The translations under genes were made by a program, and so were the position numbers. This document shows, in pieces, positions 18,365 to 24,264 of a stretch of DNA of 36,525 nt. The stretch spans positions 1 through 36,525 of IMG/VR virus record IMGVR_UViG_3300044606_000252; one strand, 5' to 3'. The stretch is from a virus. Its lineage: Duplodnaviria > Caudoviricetes. The notes beneath the pieces were generated by a model. That model was given only the letters and a program-made list of their open reading frames with translations, ran no database searches and had not been told where the DNA came from. Every line of letters begins with the position of its first letter. Position 1 is the stretch's first letter.

Positions 18365-19753
18365 CTAACCAAAAACATCGGGGCCTTTTTCAGCCCTCGC
18401 GCTTCCCGCAATCAGCTCGTTGTATGAGAGCGAGCTGCCATCCATGATGTCGTCGTGCGGCAAATCCGGCTGCCCGTGCATGTGATGCAGCCACATCTCG
18501 TTCCACTCTCCGCGCAGCACTTTGACGTTGCCAGCTTTCGCCTGCGCCGCAAACGCCTTGGCGCGGGTGATCTTGTCTGATCCACTCCGCACGGCAGCCA
18601 CGTCGAACCCGTCTAGCAGCCCTACCAGGCGCATCGCGTCACGGACCGCCGCTGCGCCAGGCTCCTGCTCAAAACGCACATAGTGCTCAGTCCCACTTTG
18701 GCGCGCCTGGGTGATGTCCTGCTGAGCCGTATTCACAAACAACCGGTCCGTCTCAGTGGGTCCTTCCTGAACGGCAATGCAATCCATGACGTAATAGATG
18801 CCGTTGACGCGCCTGATCTTGACGCCGGCGGTATAGTCCGGGTCGGCCTTGGCCATCTTGCGCTCGGTCGCGGCGAAGTCCCAGCCTCGGCACTCCTCGC
18901 CGCCGGCAGGCACGGCATCGACGATCTCAAACCATGCCCGGTTGAATATCTTGCCGGCGGTCGGCCTGATCTTCCAGTTGCCACCCAGCAGGCGCTGCAT
19001 ATCGACCTCGCTCAACGCCATCAATTTGGCTTTGTAGCCGGGGTCCTTCTGCATCAGCATCTGGTTGTCATCCAGGCTGGAGGGGATGAAGGTGAGCGAG
19101 GTGGGCGGCGCAAGTTTGGCTTGCACAGGATGCGCATACATCGCCTCTTCCATCGTGTCGTACCAGTGCATGATGTCGTTGATGCGATAGAACCAGCGAA
19201 TCACGCCACCCCGTTCAGGGATCGCGTAACCGGTATCCTGGTTGATCCACCATGCAATCAGCTTGGCGACGAACGAATCGGGATCCGGGTTGCAGGAAGC
19301 GCGCGTATAGGGCTTCACACCGCACGTGGAGCGGTTGCGGCTGAGCATGTAGAAGAATTGTTTTTCCGTGAAATGTGTCAGCTCATCCCACTCGATCAGC
19401 GGAATTTGCGCGCCCTGCCATTGCTCCACGTCCTTCTCGTACTGCATCGAGTCCAGCGTGACGCGCATGCCGGTTGGGAATGTATAGAACAGGTCACTAT
19501 TGTTGAACTTCGGACCGAACGGCGCATAGAGTGAGCGCGTCTCATCCAGCAAACCGCCCTGGAGGATGATCTGCGGGCGCATACGCCGGAAGATCACGGC
19601 ACCGAAATTCGGATTATTCAGGTGGCGCAATGGCTCGACGGCCAACGACCATGTCTTGCCCCCGCCGGCAGCGCCACCAAAGATGACAATGTCTGCCGGC
19701 GACGCAAGGAACAACTCCTGGCGTGGCTGGGGCCGAATGTCAATGGACGTCAT
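18365..19753 (-). CDS. terL: Terminase large subunit
   Basis: Walker A GGAAGGGKT, Walker B IEWDELTHF, coupling motif SCNP, and nuclease motifs GWDFAA and HDDIMD. Confidence 0.95.
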   Translation of the reverse strand: MTSIDIRPQPRQELFLASPADIVIFGGAAGGGKTWSLAVEPLRHLNNPNFGAVIFRRMRPQIILQGGLLDETRSLYAPFGPKFNNSDLFYTFPTGMRVTLDSMQYEKDVEQWQGAQIPLIEWDELTHFTEKQFFYMLSRNRSTCGVKPYTRASCNPDPDSFVAKLIAWWINQDTGYAIPERGGVIRWFYRINDIMHWYDTMEEAMYAHPVQAKLAPPTSLTFIPSSLDDNQMLMQKDPGYKAKLMALSEVDMQRLLGGNWKIRPTAGKIFNRAWFEIVDAVPAGGEECRGWDFAATERKMAKADPDYTAGVKIRRVNGIYYVMDCIAVQEGPTETDRLFVNTAQQDITQARQSGTEHYVRFEQEPGAAAVRDAMRLVGLLDGFDVAAVRSGSDKITRAKAFAAQAKAGNVKVLRGEWNEMWLHHMHGQPDLPHDDIMDGSSLSYNELIAGSARAEKGPDVFG

Positions 19754-20318
19754 CGCCGTTACCCTCTACCGGCGGCGTGGCAGTATCGTCGCGCCCATTC
19801 TGGGGGATGTAGAGCGTGACTGTCGCCGCCGACGTTTGAATCGGCCCACCGCCGGCGCCAGTATGCTCCTGGCGCGTCTTCAGCGCGAACTCGTCCGGGT
19901 GCAAACGCTCCAATAACCATGCGGCAGCCTGCCAGGTCCTGGAATCCGCACTGGCCGCATGGATACGTGACAGCAGTGAGGATTTTCGGCGGGGAATTGC
20001 CCCTTTTATGTACTTGAAAAATTCTAAGAAAGGGGCTTCGCGCTCTTTGGGCTTCGCGCGGGGGTGCGCGATCAGGCGGTTATATTCCTTCTCGCCGCGC
20101 AGCATCCAATTGTAGAAACTGCCCTCGTCGATGCCGTTAAGGATTGCGGCGTCCTTGTTGGGTAACCCCAGGCTGATCGAATCGCCAATCCGTTTCGCCA
20201 GCTCTGGGGTACACAACGTTTTACGCCCACGCTGAGACTCAGCCTGGGCTGCTTGCGGCTTAGGAGTTGCCTTGGTTCTCTTTGGTTTTGCTTTGGGTTT
20301 AGCTTTCGCCTTGGTAAC
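19740..20318 (-). CDS. terS: Terminase small subunit (192 aa from proposed GTT start)
   Basis: GRKTLCTPE HTH start, WQAAAWLLER, EHTGAGGGPI. It overlaps the TerL start. The reading frame extends through a KAKAKPK repeat up to AGGGG-N6-GTT, with an in-frame TAG 4 codons upstream and no ATG/GTG in between. Confidence 0.85.
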   Translation of the reverse strand, partial: VTKAKAKPKAKPKRTKATPKPQAAQAESQRGRKTLCTPELAKRIGDSISLGLPNKDAAILNGIDEGSFYNWMLRGEKEYNRLIAHPRAKPKEREAPFLEFFKYIKGAIPRRKSSLLSRIHAASADSRTWQAAAWLLERLHPDEFALKTRQEHTGAGGGPIQTSAATVTLYIPQNGRDDTATPPVEGNGDDVH

Positions 20319-20341
20319 CGTTAACCCCTAGCCAATTCAGA

Positions 20342-20455
20342 CTACGTACCAGATGAACGACCACCGCCACCACCGACGGCGCGGCGGATTCGGCCTACGA
20401 CGTTGCGGGCTCCGCGAATGATGCGGGCGAAGACGCCCTGTCCACGACTACGAAC
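20342..20455 (-). CDS. 37-aa Arg/Gly-rich amphipathic peptide (GTT start; not in the ORF track)
   Basis: AAAGGAGG-TAAAC-GTT. It reads (V/M)RSRGQGVFARIIRGARNVVGRIRRAVGGGGGRSSGT*. An alternative GTG at 20473 lies upstream of the SD. Confidence 0.7.
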   Translation of the reverse strand, partial: VRSRGQGVFARIIRGARNVVGRIRRAVGGGGGRSSGT

Positions 20456-20954
20456 GTTTACCTCCTTTCCCACTCGCTTTCATTGGAAGTGAGAGATTTG
20501 ATAGTTTCTCGTCAATTCTGGCCTGGCGATACTCGACATCCGCGGGCGGCAAGGTGAGACCAAGCGCCCTTGCCACCACGGCACCATCGAGATACTTATC
20601 ACCATGGACCAGAAGGCCGAGCTGATCCAGGAAGGATTCTTTTTGTTCGCGCGTCTGGAAGCAGATCGCGCACCAGAATTCGCTATCGACGGCGGCCATC
20701 CGGCGCTTCTCTTCAGCAGCCGCACGGGCCCTGAAAGCTTTCAGCGTCTCGCTGGCTTCGGCAACTGTGTCTTTTTCCAGGTCGCCGGTATATTGCATGC
20801 CTTCCAGCGGGTCTTTTGCCTCCCCCATCGACAGCTCATCAAACGGGATGTCCGGCACGTCGAATGACACGCCGGCGCCAGCATCGAATGACACATTCGT
20901 CTGGTCGAATGAAATCTCCGATGGGTCAGTGACGGGTGTTCTGGTGCGTGGCAT
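20448..20954 (-). CDS. Hypothetical protein, partner of the PP-loop enzyme (168 aa)
   Basis: AGGAGG SD before the ATG at 20954. Acidic N-terminus followed by DSEFWCAICFQTREQKESFL..GDKYLDG. Confidence 0.75.
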   Translation of the reverse strand: MPRTRTPVTDPSEISFDQTNVSFDAGAGVSFDVPDIPFDELSMGEAKDPLEGMQYTGDLEKDTVAEASETLKAFRARAAAEEKRRMAAVDSEFWCAICFQTREQKESFLDQLGLLVHGDKYLDGAVVARALGLTLPPADVEYRQARIDEKLSNLSLPMKASGKGGKRS

Positions 20955-21669
20955 AGCACTTCCTCCTAAAAATGTCGATGTCCGCCAGGGGGAAGAACTG
21001 GAGGATGCGTCGATAGTCGCTCGGATAGTGTTCTTGCAGCGGCTCCATGAACCGGCGGTCGATACCGTCGAAGCTACGACCAAACAGGCGATAGTCTACC
21101 GGCAACTTGACGCCGGCAGCATTGATCTCCTCGATCAGCCTTGCCTTGTTCCAGTCCCACACCGGGAAGAATGTCCGCCGGCGCTCGTTGATGGCGCCGT
21201 AGCGCGTGATCGCCGCCCGGCGTGTCGGCGAGTCTGCCGCCCGTACACCGGTGGCCATCCAGGGTTTCTCCTTATACCCCAGGTCTTCCGCAAGCCAGCC
21301 GACCAGGTCGTCATAGTTCGGCTGGGGAAAATTGATCTCTTCGATGATATGACAACGCTCCGGCGCCTGGAAGGTGAAGTTGTTGAGCCAGCGATAAAAG
21401 GATGGATGTGGGATGCGATAGATGCGCGTGTGGAAGAACTGTTCGTAGTATGCGAGAGACTCCTCCACGAATTCCAATTCCGGCACCAGCCACATATACA
21501 CGGGAATGATGCGCTTGAACGCATATTTGCGCTTGCGCAGTTCCAGCCATGCGGCAATGGAATCCTTCCCACATGAGAACGACAGGATGATCGTGTCCGT
21601 GCGGGCTTGGATCGTCTGAATTACCTTTTCCCCAGAGAGCGGTAGTGATACTTGTTTAACGCACCCCAT
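20926..21669 (-). CDS. PP-loop adenine-nucleotide alpha-hydrolase (PAPS-reductase-like) protein
   Basis: SFSCGKDS PP-loop, TGVRAADSPTRR, FFPVWDWN. SD AAGGGAG before the ATG at 21669. Confidence 0.85.
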   Translation of the reverse strand: MGCVKQVSLPLSGEKVIQTIQARTDTIILSFSCGKDSIAAWLELRKRKYAFKRIIPVYMWLVPELEFVEESLAYYEQFFHTRIYRIPHPSFYRWLNNFTFQAPERCHIIEEINFPQPNYDDLVGWLAEDLGYKEKPWMATGVRAADSPTRRAAITRYGAINERRRTFFPVWDWNKARLIEEINAAGVKLPVDYRLFGRSFDGIDRRFMEPLQEHYPSDYRRILQFFPLADIDIFRRKCYATHQNTRH

Positions 21670-21686
21670 TCTAGCAACTCCCTTTA

Positions 21687-21718
21687 AAGATGGATAGCCC
21701 CACCCTTCCGGCGATGGA
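21687..21718 (-). terminator. Strong hairpin after the 21735-22172 gene (possible terminator)
   Basis: GCCCCATCCTTCC-ATCGCC-GGAAGGGTGGGGC on the minus strand. The U-tract is weak. Confidence 0.45.
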
Positions 21719-21734
21719 AGGATGGGGCACTTGT

Positions 21735-22172
21735 TCAAGCCGGCTGGGCAACAGTAGCCCATTGCTGCGCGTGCAGGTTGCGCGCCCACATGCGAGCAAA
21801 TGAGGCGATGTCAGCCATTGCACGAGGGGCATACTTCGCGATCCTATCCTGGCTGGGAGCCAGCTCCGCGCATTCGCGCCAACCGCCGCATGGCCGGCCC
21901 ATCACCGAGATGGCCGGCTGGGTGATCTCAGTCGGCACCCATACCCCATAGCCGGTAAAGAACACGACCTCGGGGTCGGCGACGCTGTCGCTGTTCTGGG
22001 TGAAGTAGTGAGCCACGGAGATTAAGTTTTTACCGATCTTCTCAATCACAAGCGGATAAAACCCCGGCATCTCAAGCCGAAGGTGAGCACCTACCCGGGC
22101 CGTGCTCAGGTCAAAGTGATGGGCCTGGGTGATTCTGTCGATTTCCTGTTGCATGGATTTGCATGTGTTCAT
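21735..22172 (-). CDS. DUF6908-like hypothetical protein (probably leaderless)
   Basis: ISVAHYFTQNSDSVADPEVVF motif. The ATG lies 7 nt after a TACAAT -10 element and has no SD. Confidence 0.65.
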   Translation of the reverse strand: MNTCKSMQQEIDRITQAHHFDLSTARVGAHLRLEMPGFYPLVIEKIGKNLISVAHYFTQNSDSVADPEVVFFTGYGVWVPTEITQPAISVMGRPCGGWRECAELAPSQDRIAKYAPRAMADIASFARMWARNLHAQQWATVAQPA

Positions 22173-22291
22173 GTGACTAATTGTAGCGGTACTTCACAAT
22201 TAGTCAATACCCAAACATGCCAAATTTAGTATGAACTTTCCCACTCTTACCCTATTGACATATTGTGAAATATCACTACAATTAGTCATAT
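22171..22291. promoter_or_regulatory. Back-to-back mirror-image promoters (cassette 1)
   Basis: 39-bp inverted repeat (33/39 identical) at 22171-22209 and 22253-22291. Each arm is TTGAC(T/A)-N16-TACAAT. Confidence 0.85.
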
Positions 22292-22313
22292 ACAAACAGG
22301 AGGAACCTTACAG

Positions 22314-23084
22314 ATGAAAGCTTCAGAACTCACCTTCGGCATTGAAATCGAGTGCTACCTGCCCCAAACGTTGGCCCATCAGTTCCCAGTTGGCAGTTAT
22401 CATCGTGGCCTGCAAATCCCCGGTTTCCCCTCTGGCTGGAATGCTCAGGCCGATAGCAGCGTTACGACCCATGCCCCATCCGGCTATTTCGGCATCGAGA
22501 TTGTTTCTCCTGTTCTGAGCGGCGAAGCTGGGCTGTGCCAGGTGGCAGACGTGCTTGTGACACTGAATGAATTGCAAGCGAAGTCAACCGAAGCCTGCGG
22601 CATCCATGTGCATATCGGGGCGGCTGATTTCACCGAGGACGAATTGCAGCGGATTATCCGGGCCTTCCAGCGATATGAGATGGCCTTTTTTGCCCTGAAC
22701 GGTAACCAGATGAATGCCCGGCTAACAAGCCATTATTGTGCCCCATCTACACGGTGGGACGGCACCCGGTATCAATCCCTGAACACAACGAACCTCGGCA
22801 CCCGAAACAAGAACACTATCGAGTTTCGGCTGTTCTGTGCGAATTTGCAGCCTGAATTTGCCGTTGCCGGTATCTACATGGTGACGGCACTGGTTAGCCG
22901 GATGACTGAGACAACTATCAAATGCAAGACGGAGCAGCTTACCCCGCAGTTTGCGGTTAAGCGATTCGTGCATGACCACTTCAGCGGTGAGAATGCGACC
23001 AAATACACCATCCTGCCAGATGAAGACCCGGCAGACGTGGCCGAATTTCTCACGGCCAAATTGGGCGAGGCGGTAATGGAATGA
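22314..23084 (+). CDS. Amidoligase (COOH-NH2 ligase type 2 / Amidoligase_2, glutamine-synthetase-like fold)
   Basis: FGIEIE, DSS, EIVSPVL, CGIHVHIG, RYQSLN and TIEFR motifs. SD AGGAGG. Confidence 0.88.
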   Translation: MKASELTFGIEIECYLPQTLAHQFPVGSYHRGLQIPGFPSGWNAQADSSVTTHAPSGYFGIEIVSPVLSGEAGLCQVADVLVTLNELQAKSTEACGIHVHIGAADFTEDELQRIIRAFQRYEMAFFALNGNQMNARLTSHYCAPSTRWDGTRYQSLNTTNLGTRNKNTIEFRLFCANLQPEFAVAGIYMVTALVSRMTETTIKCKTEQLTPQFAVKRFVHDHFSGENATKYTILPDEDPADVAEFLTAKLGEAVME

Positions 23085-23701
23085 AACAAGTGACTGTAGC
23101 ACTGCACCCAGGATCGTGCGCGGAGGAGGTAATCAACCTCCTCCGCGCTTTATCGGCAAAGGTAGTCGTGATCGACTCATTGGCGTTGGCGCGTGGGGCG
23201 ATTTTCTCGCGTCTGCTCCTGCTGGGCGGGCCCGACATTAACCCCTTCTGGTATGGACAGTCGGCCACGCACACTCGGCGCATCGACAAGGAGCGCGACC
23301 TGATCGAATGGACGCTGGTACGCCGGGCGCTGGCAGATGAAATCCCCGTCATGGGCATTTGCCGTGGGCACCAAATGCTGGCGGCAGCCGCCGGCGGAAG
23401 TCTGTATCAAGACATTTACGCCGACGGCGCAACGCCCTATCACGCCCCAACGCACCGGCTGACGGACGTGTTGTTGCCGCTGGCCGGGCATATCCCGGTT
23501 TGCCAGGTGAATAGCTACCACCACCAGGCCGTGCGCACGCCGCCTTACGGCTGGGAAGTCGTCGCATGGTCAAGCGATGGGCTGGTCGAAGCCATCCATC
23601 GCCCCGGCGCCCTGGGTGTCCAATGGCACCCTGAAATGATGGTACGCTCCGATCCGCGCTGGCGGAAGCTCTTTAAATGGTTTTTGGCTGGGTTGGAATA
23701 G
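23081..23701 (+). CDS. Class I glutamine amidotransferase (peptidase C26 / PuuD-like)
   Basis: GGPDINP, RD..E, GICRGHQ nucleophile elbow, VNSYHHQAV, GVQWHPE (Cys-His-Glu triad). ATGA-coupled to the amidoligase. Confidence 0.9.
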   Translation: MKQVTVALHPGSCAEEVINLLRALSAKVVVIDSLALARGAIFSRLLLLGGPDINPFWYGQSATHTRRIDKERDLIEWTLVRRALADEIPVMGICRGHQMLAAAAGGSLYQDIYADGATPYHAPTHRLTDVLLPLAGHIPVCQVNSYHHQAVRTPPYGWEVVAWSSDGLVEAIHRPGALGVQWHPEMMVRSDPRWRKLFKWFLAGLE

Positions 23702-23718
23702 TGAAATAACGCTACAAT
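23700..23718 (+). promoter_or_regulatory. Third copy of the cassette-1 operator/-10 motif
   Basis: AGTGAAATAACGCTACAAT resembles TGTGAAATATCACTACAAT (22264-22282). The ATG follows 6 nt after TACAAT. Confidence 0.6.
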
Positions 23719-23724
23719 ATAGCT

Positions 23725-24021
23725 ATGAGCAAACTCTACACCACTGGCGACGTCGCCCAAATGCTGAACCGCAAGCAGGTTTCAATTGCGATGAACGCCG
23801 TCCGCCACAACATCGGGCAGGTGATCGGGAAGATGCGCCTGTTCACCGAGGAGGATGTGGAGAAGTTGCGCGGTATCACGTCGCGCGGCCCGGGCCGGCC
23901 TGCGGACCCGACAGCGAAATATCACAAGCAGCACAAAACTAGGAAAGCTCCGGTTCCGTCGCCAGAATCAGCGCCTGCACCCGAGGGAGCAACTCGGCGG
24001 GCACGCCGTGCTCGTGCATGA
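23725..24021 (+). CDS. Small helix-turn-helix (MerR/excisionase-like) DNA-binding protein
   Basis: LYTTGDVAQML...RLFTEEDVEKLR...GPGRP. Confidence 0.75.
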   Translation: MSKLYTTGDVAQMLNRKQVSIAMNAVRHNIGQVIGKMRLFTEEDVEKLRGITSRGPGRPADPTAKYHKQHKTRKAPVPSPESAPAPEGATRRARRARA

Positions 24022-24133
24022 GTAACCCCAGCGCTCGCACATGAATCTCCTCGCGTGGTGTATCTCCCACTTGTAGCTGCATCTCCAGCGCCATCACGAC
24101 GCCTTTGACGACCAGGGCCCATGAATCACTCAT
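23939..24133 (-). CDS. Possible 64-aa hypothetical protein downstream of the tRNA
   Basis: ATG at 24133 with a weak SD (AGGG) and a protein-like composition. It overlaps the low-complexity tail of the convergent HTH gene. Confidence 0.35.
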   Translation of the reverse strand: MSDSWALVVKGVVMALEMQLQVGDTPREEIHVRALGLLMHEHGVPAELLPRVQALILATEPELS

Positions 24134-24146
24134 GGGCCCTATTCTA

Positions 24147-24220
24147 TAGCGGGGGTGGGAATTGCACACCACGACCTCCAGTTTGTTGGACTGGCGAGCT
24201 AACTTCTGCTCTACCCCGCG
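24147..24220 (-). tRNA. Initiator-type tRNA (tRNA-fMet scaffold) with anticodon AAC (reads GUU)
   Basis: CGCGGGG-TA-GAGC-AGAAGTTA-GCTC-G-CCAGT-CCAACAA-ACTGG-AGGTC-GTGGTG-TGCAATT-CCCAC-CCCCGCT-A. It forms a full cloverleaf with C1xU72 mismatch, G2:C71, C3:G70, A11:U24 and A73. The anticodon is at 24187-24185. CCA is not encoded. Confidence 0.9.
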
Positions 24221-24264
24221 TCAGATGGCGCGCTTTCACGCGCCACACTCACACAACACTCGCG

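Noticed and set aside
21658-21660. A seventh GTT start in the PP-loop gene (ATG GGG TGC GTT)
   Set aside because: A canonical ATG with SD AAGGGAG lies three codons upstream, and GGGG is only 3 nt from the GTT, so it was not counted.
20926-21669. Annotation as cysH (sulfate assimilation) or dndC
   Set aside because: Only the generic PP-loop fold motifs are present. The C-terminal ECGLH of CysH and the other dnd genes are absent.
24147-24220. tRNA as an ordinary elongator tRNA-Val or an attachment-site remnant
   Set aside because: The unpaired 1-72 position and A11:U24 are initiator features. The gene is full length, lies mid-late-region, and has no integrase or duplicated 3' fragment in the window.
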